64,000 bases of DNA from Bacteroidales bacterium (GTDB lineage: Bacteria; Bacteroidota; Bacteroidia; Bacteroidales; UBA932). Location: assembly GCA_045642485.1 (NCBI GenBank), contig JAZUIV010000002.1, positions 5,107 to 69,106 on the forward strand, in the 5' to 3' direction. Of the stretch, positions 16,689 to 25,719 are shown piece by piece. Position 1 is the first letter of the stretch. Each line of letters begins with the position of its first letter. The position numbers and the translations under genes were made by a program. The notes below the pieces were generated by a model. It did not search any database and was not told the origin of the DNA. It saw only the letters and a program-made list of their open reading frames with translations.

Positions 16689-17891
16689 ATGAAAAATCAC
16701 GAGAGAAAAGTCGGGACAGTCTCCCGAGGCATCCGCTGCCCGATAATCAGACAGGGCGACAATCTTGCAAATATAGTAACCGAAAGCGTGCTGGAAGCCG
16801 CGGCTGAAGAAGGTTTCACTTTGAGGGACAGAGACATCGTCAGCATCACCGAATCGGTGGTAGCCAGGGCTCAGGGCAATTACGCCCCTGTTTCCGCCAT
16901 CTCATCAGATGTCCGGCAGCAGACCGGAGGAGGCACGGTCGGTGTCATCTTTCCCATCCTGAGCCGCAACCGTTTTGCAATCTGCCTGCGCGGTATCGCG
17001 AAAGGGTGCAGCAAGGTGGTTCTGATGCTCTCCTACCCTTCCGACGAGGTAGGGAACTCCCTTGTCAGCATTGATGCTCTTGACAAAGCCGGGGTCAACC
17101 CCTACTCGGACGTCCTGTCTCTCGAAAGATACCGGGATCTTTTCGGTGTGAACAAGCACGAGTTCACCGGGGTCGATTACGTCGAATACTATTCGGAGCT
17201 TGTCCGCGGATGCGGCGCCGAGGTGGAGGTGGTCTTCGCCAACAAGCCCGAAACCATTCTGAAATACACCGACACTGTCATCACCTGCGACATACACACC
17301 CGCGCCCGGACAAAGAGAATTCTCAAAGAGGCTGGGGCAAGGATTGTTCTCGGTCTTGACAACATTCTCTGCAAGAGCGTTGAAGGAAGTGGGTACAATG
17401 AGAAATACGGCCTGCTGGGTTCCAACAAGGCCACCGAGGACACAGTCAAGCTTTTCCCCCGCGAATGTCAGGGTCTTGTGCTGGACATCCAGAAAGCGCT
17501 TCTGGAGCGCACCGGAAAGCACATTGAAGTGATGGTCTATGGCGACGGCGCCTTCAAGGACCCCAAGGGCAAAATCTGGGAACTGGCCGACCCTGTCGTC
17601 TCCCCGGCATTCACCGACGGACTGAGGGGCACTCCCAACGAGTTGAAACTGAAATATCTGGCCGACAACGATTTTGCAAGCCTCAGCGGAGCACAGCTCA
17701 GGGATGCCATCTCCGAAAGCATAAAGGCGAAGGGCAGCGACCTCAAGGGGCAGATGTCCTCCGAAGGGACAACACCCCGTCAGCTTACGGACCTTATCGG
17801 ATCGTTGTGCGACCTGACGAGCGGTTCCGGCGATAAGGGGACCCCCATAGTCCTGGTGCAGGGCTACTTCGACAACTACACCTCAGAATAG
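16689..17891 (+). CDS. CofE-like (F420-0:gamma-glutamyl ligase family) domain protein, long form
   Basis: 400 aa. The N-terminal segment PIIRQGDNLANIV...RDRDIVSITESVVARAQGNY resembles the F420_ligase fold signature. The function in Bacteroidota is unknown. Confidence 0.5.
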   Translation: MKNHERKVGTVSRGIRCPIIRQGDNLANIVTESVLEAAAEEGFTLRDRDIVSITESVVARAQGNYAPVSAISSDVRQQTGGGTVGVIFPILSRNRFAICLRGIAKGCSKVVLMLSYPSDEVGNSLVSIDALDKAGVNPYSDVLSLERYRDLFGVNKHEFTGVDYVEYYSELVRGCGAEVEVVFANKPETILKYTDTVITCDIHTRARTKRILKEAGARIVLGLDNILCKSVEGSGYNEKYGLLGSNKATEDTVKLFPRECQGLVLDIQKALLERTGKHIEVMVYGDGAFKDPKGKIWELADPVVSPAFTDGLRGTPNELKLKYLADNDFASLSGAQLRDAISESIKAKGSDLKGQMSSEGTTPRQLTDLIGSLCDLTSGSGDKGTPIVLVQGYFDNYTSE

Positions 17892-17895
17892 TTTT

Positions 17896-19161
17896 TCAGT
17901 GGCTGGTGATGACGCCTTCCGCCCAGGTTGCGAAATCAGCCCAGCGGTAGTAAGGCCCTTCTTTGGGCTGCAGTTGCGGCAGAGTCACTTCGGATTCGTT
18001 CATCAGGAGTTTGAACAGAATCTCCCCCTCCCCTTTCTTCGGCTTGTAGAAGACAAACTGGAGATTGGCCGCCTTCGGGCAGTTGAAATTCTGGAAATAA
18101 TACTTCACATCCGCCGCCATTTCAGGCTGGAATCCGCCGCCATTGATATTCAGAAGCGGGATCAGAGCATTGAGCACGGTATCGTGACCGAAACGGAAGT
18201 CTGCTCCGCTCCCGCCGCAGGAAATCACACGGTTTGCATATTCCACTATGTCCCTGAGCAGGGGGATCATCTGGAACCGGTCGCTGCTGTGTGAAAGATA
18301 GAGCCGATAGTTCTCAGCCTCCCAGAAATCCACCAGTTCCGCTTCCGTGAAGACGTCCCCGAACAAGTCGCCACTGTAATAGTTGTGGTAGCCCGACCAA
18401 AGCATAAACAGTTCGTGGAAGAACTTGTTCCTTCCTCCGATCTCCTCAAGGAACGCGCGGTCGGAGAACAGCCTGTCGAGAATATCGTCCTGGTGACGGG
18501 AAGCGACAGTAGTGGTGCTGTCCGGGGCGGGGACCTTGAAATCGAGTCTGTATTTTTGCAGAAGTTCATCCGGAGCCTCCGTGGGATTCATAATTATCAT
18601 ATTGGTATGCAGGGAGTTCATACTTATATCCGCCTTCGGAGCGCTCTTCTGGAGACTGGTGCAGAATGAGGCCATACTCGCGATTGCTCTGGGAGATGTG
18701 GAGGAACGGGCCAGAAACTCTCCCTTGGACGAGGCAAACACCTCGGGGAAATGAGCCACCATCGCGGCGGCGATTGCGGCGTGCTGCCTGTACCCCAGTT
18801 CCGTAAGGTCTCCCGTATTGATGAGGGGCTCCCTGTAGAAAGCCATATATCTGTCGTGAAAGGCCTTCCCCTTTTCGGTGAGGGAACCGCTCTTCGCCGC
18901 AGCCTCAAGGACTCTATTTATGGTCGTGTAAGTGCCGTCATTCCAGGCATATCTGGAGCCGTGCCTGCCGTAATGGCTTATATAAAAAGGCACATACCCC
19001 TTGGGTGACGGGCTCAGAGGCGCCGCATCATAGCGGTACGGGCCCTCGCAACCCGCCGCTTTGTTCATATCCGCGGCAACAATATCCCTAACGTTATAAA
19101 TCTGACCGGACACCGCCACCGACGCACATACGGCCAGAATCAATATCAGAAATCTTCGCAT
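17896..19161 (-). CDS. histidine acid phosphatase family protein (secreted)
   Basis: Start at the ATG at 19161 (MRRFLILILAVCASVAVSG). It has the RHGSRY motif (RHGxRxP-type) and a downstream GHDTV (HD) motif. Confidence 0.8.
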   Translation of the reverse strand: MRRFLILILAVCASVAVSGQIYNVRDIVAADMNKAAGCEGPYRYDAAPLSPSPKGYVPFYISHYGRHGSRYAWNDGTYTTINRVLEAAAKSGSLTEKGKAFHDRYMAFYREPLINTGDLTELGYRQHAAIAAAMVAHFPEVFASSKGEFLARSSTSPRAIASMASFCTSLQKSAPKADISMNSLHTNMIIMNPTEAPDELLQKYRLDFKVPAPDSTTTVASRHQDDILDRLFSDRAFLEEIGGRNKFFHELFMLWSGYHNYYSGDLFGDVFTEAELVDFWEAENYRLYLSHSSDRFQMIPLLRDIVEYANRVISCGGSGADFRFGHDTVLNALIPLLNINGGGFQPEMAADVKYYFQNFNCPKAANLQFVFYKPKKGEGEILFKLLMNESEVTLPQLQPKEGPYYRWADFATWAEGVITSH

Positions 19162-19295
19162 AACAAACAGATTATACTGCAATGATACCAATTTTCTTTG
19201 TCTGCCGCAAGTTCTTGTCCTTTTTCTTGCTTTCACCGAACTTTCTCCCCTAATCCTCCCTCAATATAACTGCAAGAATCGTACGACTTTTTTAT

Positions 19296-19303
19296 TAACT
19301 TTG
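19296..19303 (+). promoter_or_regulatory. candidate -7 promoter box (TAACTTTG) for the GT4 gene
   Basis: Matches TAnnTTTG, 22 nt upstream of the ATG at 19325. This argues against the TTG start at 19301 in the track. Confidence 0.35.
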
Positions 19304-19324
19304 AAAGATAATTTTCTTCCGCTG

Positions 19325-20437
19325 ATGAACTCGCAGAAAATAATAATCATAGGTCCGGCATATCCATACCGGGGAGGCATAGCGGCGTTCAACGAGAGGC
19401 TGGCTCACGAACTGGCCGCTCAAGGCAATGATGTCGAGGCCATTACCTTTACTTTGCAATACCCGTCATTCCTTTTCCCCGGCAAGACCCAGTTTTCCGA
19501 AGGGCCCGCTCCGGCAGACTTGAAAATAGAGCGGAAAATCAATTCGATGAATCCCCTCAACTGGGTTAAGGTGGGACGCCATCTCAAAAAGAGAAAAGCC
19601 GACTTGATTGTCATAGCGTTCTGGCTACCCTATATGGCCCCGGCACTGGGCACGATTGCCAGAATCAGCAGAACGCCCGTCATCGGGCTGGTCCACAACC
19701 TGATACCTCACGAGCACAAACCGGGAGACAGGCTCTTTGCCAAGTATTTCTGCGGAAGTGTTGACAGGTTCGTAGCCCTGTCGGAATCTGTCCTGAACGA
19801 TATCCACCGGCTGGCTCCAGGCAAACCCGCTTCTTTCAGCCCGCATCCCCTGTACGACAATTTCGGGGAAGCAGTCTCAAGAGAGGAGGCCTGCAGCCAT
19901 CTCGGCCTCAACCCGAAAGACAGAATCCTGCTGAGTTTCGGACTGATTCGCGACTACAAGGGTCTCGACTGGTTGCTTGAAGCGTTCGCCGCTCTCAAAG
20001 AAAGGTCTGGAGTCAAACTGGTTGTCGCCGGAGAATTCTATGCCGACGGCGAGAAATATCATAACCTTGCCCGGGACCTCGGGATTGACGATGAAGTCAT
20101 CTGGCGTACAGAATTCGTCCCCGACAGTGAAGTGAAGTACTATTTCTGCGCAGCCGACCTGGTTGTACAGCCTTACAAATCAGCCACCCAGAGCGGGGTT
20201 ACGCAGATAGCCTACCATTTTGAGAAGCCTATGCTCGTCACCCACGTCGGCGGACTCCCCGAGATTGTCCCTGACGGGAAAGTCGGATATGCCGTGGATC
20301 CCTCCCCTGCCGCAATCACTGCAGCTCTGGAAAAATTCCTGAAAGATTCTCCGGACTTCTCCGAAGGCATCAGGGATGAGAAACGGAAATACTCGTGGGA
20401 GAAGATGGCGAAAATCATAACGGCGCAACGCCCCTAA
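19325..20437 (+). CDS. glycosyltransferase family 4
   Basis: The N-terminus is KIIIIGPAYPYRGGIA. The C-terminal GT-B region (VVAGEF...PY.SATQSGV...) contains an EX7E-like stretch. GC content is core-like. Confidence 0.8.
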   Translation: MNSQKIIIIGPAYPYRGGIAAFNERLAHELAAQGNDVEAITFTLQYPSFLFPGKTQFSEGPAPADLKIERKINSMNPLNWVKVGRHLKKRKADLIVIAFWLPYMAPALGTIARISRTPVIGLVHNLIPHEHKPGDRLFAKYFCGSVDRFVALSESVLNDIHRLAPGKPASFSPHPLYDNFGEAVSREEACSHLGLNPKDRILLSFGLIRDYKGLDWLLEAFAALKERSGVKLVVAGEFYADGEKYHNLARDLGIDDEVIWRTEFVPDSEVKYYFCAADLVVQPYKSATQSGVTQIAYHFEKPMLVTHVGGLPEIVPDGKVGYAVDPSPAAITAALEKFLKDSPDFSEGIRDEKRKYSWEKMAKIITAQRP

Positions 20438-20448
20438 AAAGCAAAGAA

Positions 20449-22263
20449 ATGCAAGCTATCATTTTGGCTGCCGGGATGGGAAAAAGACTCGGCGAATATA
20501 CCAAAGACAACACTAAATGCATGGTCCCTGTCAACGGCGTATGCCTGATAGACAGGATGCTTGGCCAACTGTCGAATTTTGACCTTTCGCGGGTTGTGAT
20601 TGTTGTGGGTTATCAAGGTCAGAATCTGATAAATCATATCGGAGACAGGTTTGACGAAAAACTGAAAATCGAATACATCACGAACCCTGTATTTGACAGG
20701 ACGAACAATATTTATTCTCTGTTCCTGGCGAAGGATAAGTTATGCGAGGATGACACAATTCTCCTTGAGAGCGACTTGATTTTTGAAAGCGCTCTACTGG
20801 AGAAAATCATATCTGATTCACATCCAAATCTGGCGCTTGTGTCAAAGTACGAGGCCTGGAATGACGGCACGATGGTGAGGTTGGATGATGGAAACAACAT
20901 CGTCAACTTCATAACAAAGGACGCCTTCCGGTACAGCGAAGCAGACAGTTATTACAAGACCGTAAATATCTACAAATTCTCCAAAGAATTCAGCCGGACG
21001 AAATACGTCCCTTTTCTTGAGGCTTATTCCACCGCAGTTGGAAACAACGAGTATTATGAGAATGTTCTCCGAATCCTCTCTTTCCTGAACTCGCACGATT
21101 TGAAAGCTCTTCCCGTCATCGGCGAAAAATGGTATGAAATAGACGACAAACAGGATCTCGACATTGCTGAAGCGCTTTTCGCGGATGATGAAGATGTCCT
21201 GAGAAAATTTTACGGAAGGTTCGGCGGTTACTGGAGATTCCCTAAACTCCTTGATTTCTGCTATCTTGTCAATCCCTTCTTCCCTACAAAGAAAATCCTT
21301 GATGAAATGCAGGCCAATTTCGCGACCCTGCTTACACAGTATCCGTCCGGGATGAAAGTCAACACGCTGCTGGCATCAAAATGTTGGAAAGTGAAAGAGG
21401 ATTACATTGTCCCGGGGAACGGGGCCGCCGAATTGATAAAACTGCTGGCAGAGAAGATTTCAGGGAAAGTAGGAATCATACGCCCCACTTTCGAAGAATA
21501 CCCGAACAGGCTGAACCCAGAGCAAGAGGTAACTTTCGTCCCCTTCAGAGATGATTTCCGCTACACGGCGGAAGATTTGATTCTATTCTTCGGGAAGCAT
21601 CCGGTTGACGCCTTGTTTTTAGTCAACCCCGACAACCCTTCCGGCAATTTCATACCGATTGATGACATTCTGAAACTTGCCGCCTGGTGCAAGGAGATTG
21701 GAACACGGCTGCTGGTTGATGAAAGTTTTGTGGATTTCTGCGACAGTTGGGAAACTAGTTCGCTTTTGCGGGATTCCGTTCTGGAACAATATCCTGATAT
21801 GATTGTGATGAAAAGCATCAGCAAAAGCTACGGCGTGCCCGGCCTCAGGCTCGGAATCCTTGCATCCGCTGACAAAGATTTGATTGCGGATTTAAAGCAT
21901 TCCGTCAGCATCTGGAACATCAACAGCTTTGCCGAATATTTTATGCAGATTCTAACAAAGCATGAAAAAGATTACACGAAGGCCTGCTCCGCATTCATCG
22001 CCGAAAGAAAAGATTTCGAAGAAAAACTGCGGACAATCAATTTCCTCAAGGTGATGCCATCACAGGCAAACTATTTCCTTGCCGAAGTCCTTCCTCCGAA
22101 GAATGCGACAAACCTTGTGATAAAATTGCTTAAGAATCACAACATCCTCACCCGCGATTGTTCTTCCAAGAAGGGCCTTGACGGCAAGCAATATATGCGC
22201 ATCGCGATAAGAAGCCACAGTGACAATGCAAAACTTGTCGAGGCACTGAAAAGTTTAGAATAA
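20449..22263 (+). CDS. bifunctional LicC-like nucleotidyl(cytidylyl)transferase / class I-II PLP-dependent aminotransferase-or-decarboxylase (HisC/CobD-like)
   Basis: Start MQAIILAAGMGKRLG (NTP-transferase G-loop). KWYEIDDKQDL closes the LicC-like domain. The C-terminal half has LVNPDNPSGN, LLVDESFVDF and the PLP-lysine region MKSISKSYGVPGLRLG. Confidence 0.75.
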   Translation: MQAIILAAGMGKRLGEYTKDNTKCMVPVNGVCLIDRMLGQLSNFDLSRVVIVVGYQGQNLINHIGDRFDEKLKIEYITNPVFDRTNNIYSLFLAKDKLCEDDTILLESDLIFESALLEKIISDSHPNLALVSKYEAWNDGTMVRLDDGNNIVNFITKDAFRYSEADSYYKTVNIYKFSKEFSRTKYVPFLEAYSTAVGNNEYYENVLRILSFLNSHDLKALPVIGEKWYEIDDKQDLDIAEALFADDEDVLRKFYGRFGGYWRFPKLLDFCYLVNPFFPTKKILDEMQANFATLLTQYPSGMKVNTLLASKCWKVKEDYIVPGNGAAELIKLLAEKISGKVGIIRPTFEEYPNRLNPEQEVTFVPFRDDFRYTAEDLILFFGKHPVDALFLVNPDNPSGNFIPIDDILKLAAWCKEIGTRLLVDESFVDFCDSWETSSLLRDSVLEQYPDMIVMKSISKSYGVPGLRLGILASADKDLIADLKHSVSIWNINSFAEYFMQILTKHEKDYTKACSAFIAERKDFEEKLRTINFLKVMPSQANYFLAEVLPPKNATNLVIKLLKNHNILTRDCSSKKGLDGKQYMRIAIRSHSDNAKLVEALKSLE

Positions 22264-22272
22264 ATCCGTATT

Positions 22273-23238
22273 ATGAAAGTGATATCCGGACAGATAATCC
22301 GTTCTCTTGACATCTCCCCCAGGCAATGCGTTGACTGGATTTATGAAAGTTTCAGCATCAAAAGGGATGCACAATTACCGGCCAAAATCAGTGTTCACCC
22401 GGCCGACAGCGATTTTTTTACTTCAATGCCTTGCCTGCTTCCGCCTGACAAGAACGGAAATATTCAATATTTCGGAATAAAGGAAGTTCACAGAATTGCC
22501 GGAGCCATTCCCAGTCTGGGAAGCGATATGATGCTGTATAACGCAAAGAACGGCGAGTTGCTGGCCCTTTTGGATTGCGACTGGATTACGGCAATGCGAA
22601 CAGGAGCAGTTGCAGCCGTTTCAGCCAAAGCCCTGAGAAAAGAGAACGCTTCTATTTATGGTTTTGTTGGATTGGGGAATACCGCGCGTGCGACACTTCT
22701 TTGCGTTCTCGGGGCCGAACCAGACAAATTATTCAAGGTCAAGTTATTAAAATACAAAGATACCGCCGATTCATTCATCAGCAGGTTTAAAAATCATATA
22801 AACATTCAATTTGAAATTGTTGACAGCATTGAAGAATTAGCCCGTTCTTCCGATGTATTTTTCAGTTGTATTACGAGCGCGGACGGATTACTCGTTGAAG
22901 ACGAAAGCATTTTTCAACCTGGCGTTACCGTAATCCCCATTCATATGCGTGGTCTGCAGAATTGTGACACAACGTTCGACAGAGTATTCGGGGATGACAC
23001 CGACCACATCAAAGGGTTCAGATATTTCAGCCAGTTCAAGGATTACAACGAAATAGGCGAAGTTCTTGCCGGCCGGGACAAGGGCCGTAAATCAAATCAG
23101 CAGAGAATTATTGACTACAACTACGGTCTGGGATTGCACGATGTAGTCTTCGCTTCACGGATATATGAACTTATCAAGAAAAGGCAGGACATTCCCGAAA
23201 TATCGGTTGTCAAAGAGGCGAAGAAATATTGGGTATAG
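22273..23238 (+). CDS. ornithine cyclodeaminase/mu-crystallin family NAD(P)-dependent enzyme
   Basis: 321 aa. Motifs are ITAMRTGAVAAVSAKAL and the Rossmann stretch GFVGLGNTARA. Confidence 0.8.
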   Translation: MKVISGQIIRSLDISPRQCVDWIYESFSIKRDAQLPAKISVHPADSDFFTSMPCLLPPDKNGNIQYFGIKEVHRIAGAIPSLGSDMMLYNAKNGELLALLDCDWITAMRTGAVAAVSAKALRKENASIYGFVGLGNTARATLLCVLGAEPDKLFKVKLLKYKDTADSFISRFKNHINIQFEIVDSIEELARSSDVFFSCITSADGLLVEDESIFQPGVTVIPIHMRGLQNCDTTFDRVFGDDTDHIKGFRYFSQFKDYNEIGEVLAGRDKGRKSNQQRIIDYNYGLGLHDVVFASRIYELIKKRQDIPEISVVKEAKKYWV

Positions 23239-23306
23239 CGGCGTTTTATGGGGAAAACTTCCTCGGCCCCACCGTGGCACTATGTCAAGAAATGAAGCGG
23301 CGCCGT

Positions 23307-24824
23307 TCAGAAAACAAGTTGTCGTATCCTTTTGAGGACGGTCCCCCTCTCTTTTGAAGTCATCCCGAATGAAAGCACGGAAATCACCAGAGACATTGTG
23401 CAGGCAACGGTAACCAAAACAAGTCGCAACCATCCTTGATCCATAGTAGCCTTGACCACACACCCTGCCGCGACGCTCAAAACCATCACGAAGAGCACCG
23501 GAAGAATGGCTTTAAGTGCAAATCTCCAAGGGTCAATTCCGACAAGTTTCCATCCGAAATACAACTTGGCTGTTAAAGCAAGACAAGACATCGCGATTGC
23601 AATAAAGAACACGGACTGCGGTTGGTGGGGCCCAAATTTCAGCAAAAAATATGATATAGGCAGCCCCGACATCTGGATGGACCCTACTACAATCTGAAAC
23701 CATTTGATATTTCCTGAAGCAGAAATCGCAGACTGCACCGGATAGTCAATATAATCAATCAGCGCTCCGACCAGCATCAATACCGCAAAGATTGCCGTAT
23801 ATTGGGGAACTTCCTTGAGCCATATTCCAAGCAGAAAATCTATCTCCAGAACAACCGGGACGGAAACAAGCAGCATCAGATAAGCGGAAAATTTGGAAGC
23901 TTGCCAGACAAGACGGGTCATTTCTCCATATTCGCCGTCGGAATATGATTTTATAATCTGGGGCTTGGAGGCAAGCATAAAATTCTCCTGAAGTTGGACA
24001 ATTGCCCCGTAGACCTTGAACGCCATCCCTCTGGCCGCATTTACCGCAGGCCCGAAAAACATATTCAACAGAACATTAAGGCCGTGAACCTTGAACACGG
24101 ATGAAGCAGTACCTATCATCCACCAGCCGGAAAAAGAGAATATCTCTTTAAAATAGCCCGCATCCCAATGGAACTTATAGCGGCACTCGTTAAAATACAT
24201 CAGGCAATAAGCCATATACAGCAGTGTCACAACCACCTGTATTCCAAGCATCAAAGCCGCATAAACCACCAGATGGTCAGCGCTGGAGCGCCCGAGCATA
24301 AGAGCTATCGCCAAGGCTCCCACCGCTTCAAAAACTCCAATATAAGCAAAAGCCTTCATCTTTTCACGAGCGACTACCATTCCCTGGTATGGCAGCCTTA
24401 TCACAACAAAGACAAAGGAAACAATGCTGAGGTGGAATACCCAATTGGCAGCATCCGACCGTCCCGCGAGCAACATCTTATTGTTAAGGAACCACAACCC
24501 CGCAGGCTCGCCCACAGCAATCACAAGAATGGCCAACGCGGCAAACATCTGCAAAAACATACAGAATGAATTCCTGAGCCCGATCTGCCGACCCTCCCCC
24601 ATCTCTATCAGAAAAAAGCGCTGACAGGCGGAAGATAAAGTTCCGCCTATGAAAGTTGCCATAGCGACAAGCCCGCCGACAGCATTATAAATTCCCAGAT
24701 CCGTCTCACCCAACACATCAAGAACAACGCGCGAGGTATAAAGACTGATAAGCAGGACCACGCCCATGCGAAGATAAAGCATAAGCGTATTTATTGCTAT
24801 TCTATTTCTGTCGATTGCTGACAT
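23307..24824 (-). CDS. Wzx-like oligosaccharide flippase (polysaccharide biosynthesis protein, MOP superfamily)
   Basis: 505 aa with about 12-14 TM helices. The N-terminus NTLMLYLRMGVVLLISLYTSRVVLDVLGETDLGIYNAVGG is typical of this family. Confidence 0.8.
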   Translation of the reverse strand: MSAIDRNRIAINTLMLYLRMGVVLLISLYTSRVVLDVLGETDLGIYNAVGGLVAMATFIGGTLSSACQRFFLIEMGEGRQIGLRNSFCMFLQMFAALAILVIAVGEPAGLWFLNNKMLLAGRSDAANWVFHLSIVSFVFVVIRLPYQGMVVAREKMKAFAYIGVFEAVGALAIALMLGRSSADHLVVYAALMLGIQVVVTLLYMAYCLMYFNECRYKFHWDAGYFKEIFSFSGWWMIGTASSVFKVHGLNVLLNMFFGPAVNAARGMAFKVYGAIVQLQENFMLASKPQIIKSYSDGEYGEMTRLVWQASKFSAYLMLLVSVPVVLEIDFLLGIWLKEVPQYTAIFAVLMLVGALIDYIDYPVQSAISASGNIKWFQIVVGSIQMSGLPISYFLLKFGPHQPQSVFFIAIAMSCLALTAKLYFGWKLVGIDPWRFALKAILPVLFVMVLSVAAGCVVKATMDQGWLRLVLVTVACTMSLVISVLSFGMTSKERGTVLKRIRQLVF

Positions 24825-24837
24825 AACGCTCCTAACG

Positions 24838-24845
24838 CAAAGATA
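24838..24845 (-). promoter_or_regulatory. candidate -7 promoter box (TATCTTTG on minus strand) for the flippase gene
   Basis: The plus strand reads CAAAGATA, 14 nt upstream of the flippase ATG (24824). Confidence 0.3.
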
Positions 24846-24867
24846 GCGTTTTTAAAATAAAGATTTT

Positions 24868-24875
24868 TAACTTTG
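24868..24875 (+). promoter_or_regulatory. candidate -7 promoter box (TAACTTTG) for licD-like operon
   Basis: Matches TAnnTTTG, 23 nt upstream of the GTG at 24898. It is divergent from the flippase promoter. Confidence 0.3.
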
Positions 24876-24897
24876 CACTGTTGGAGATTCTATCAAA

Positions 24898-25707
24898 GTG
24901 GACAATTTGAACAGATACAATCCTCCCGAATCAATTTTACGGAAGGCTCAACTCAGGATGCTGGATATTCTGATAGAAGTTGACAGAATTTGTCGGCAGG
25001 AAAAAATTGATTACTGGATGGATGCCGGAACGCTTTTGGGAGCCGTACGGCATCAGGGGTTTATTCCTTGGGACGATGATTTGGATATATGCATTCTCAA
25101 GAAGGATTACAAACGGTTCAAGAACGCTATGAATAAACATCTTTCAGATTGTTTCGTTTATCAGGATTGGACTACCGACCCCCACCATTTTGAGATGTCT
25201 CCGAGAATTCGCGACAAGCATTCATTCATTGACATTCCCATCGAACGATTGCAGAAACATAAAGGGCTGTTCCTTGATGTCGTGCTGCTTGAGAGAATTC
25301 CCTCAATGGCAGTTCAGCACCTTGTTTACCTCATTTATGGCAGAGTGTCCAGAGAAATCCATAACTATGGAGATACGGCATATACATCAATTGCAAAAAG
25401 AGCTTTTGCCAAGACAGCAGCATATATCCTCTTTCCTTTCGTATGGACATTATTGGGAGCATTGAGAGCGTATGCCAGCATTGCAAAATGCGATTTGATA
25501 GGACGTTATTATGCAGGATTTAAAAATCCGCGATATTTGAGCAATATTTTTCCCCTGACAGAAATCGCATTTGAAGGGCATCTGTTTTTTGCTCCGGGCA
25601 ATTATGATTCATATCTCAAAGATATGTTTAATGATTATTCAAAATTACCTCCTGAAAATCAAAGAGGAGGACATACTTCTCATTTGGAGATATACCCTAT
25701 TCCATAA
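24898..25707 (+). CDS. LicD family phosphotransferase
   Basis: 269 aa. The LicD signature is DAGTLLGAVRHQGFIPWDDDLDI. The start is a GTG, and the first in-frame ATG would delete conserved N-terminal residues. Confidence 0.82.
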   Translation: MDNLNRYNPPESILRKAQLRMLDILIEVDRICRQEKIDYWMDAGTLLGAVRHQGFIPWDDDLDICILKKDYKRFKNAMNKHLSDCFVYQDWTTDPHHFEMSPRIRDKHSFIDIPIERLQKHKGLFLDVVLLERIPSMAVQHLVYLIYGRVSREIHNYGDTAYTSIAKRAFAKTAAYILFPFVWTLLGALRAYASIAKCDLIGRYYAGFKNPRYLSNIFPLTEIAFEGHLFFAPGNYDSYLKDMFNDYSKLPPENQRGGHTSHLEIYPIP

Positions 25708-25719
25708 TATTCTGATTGA

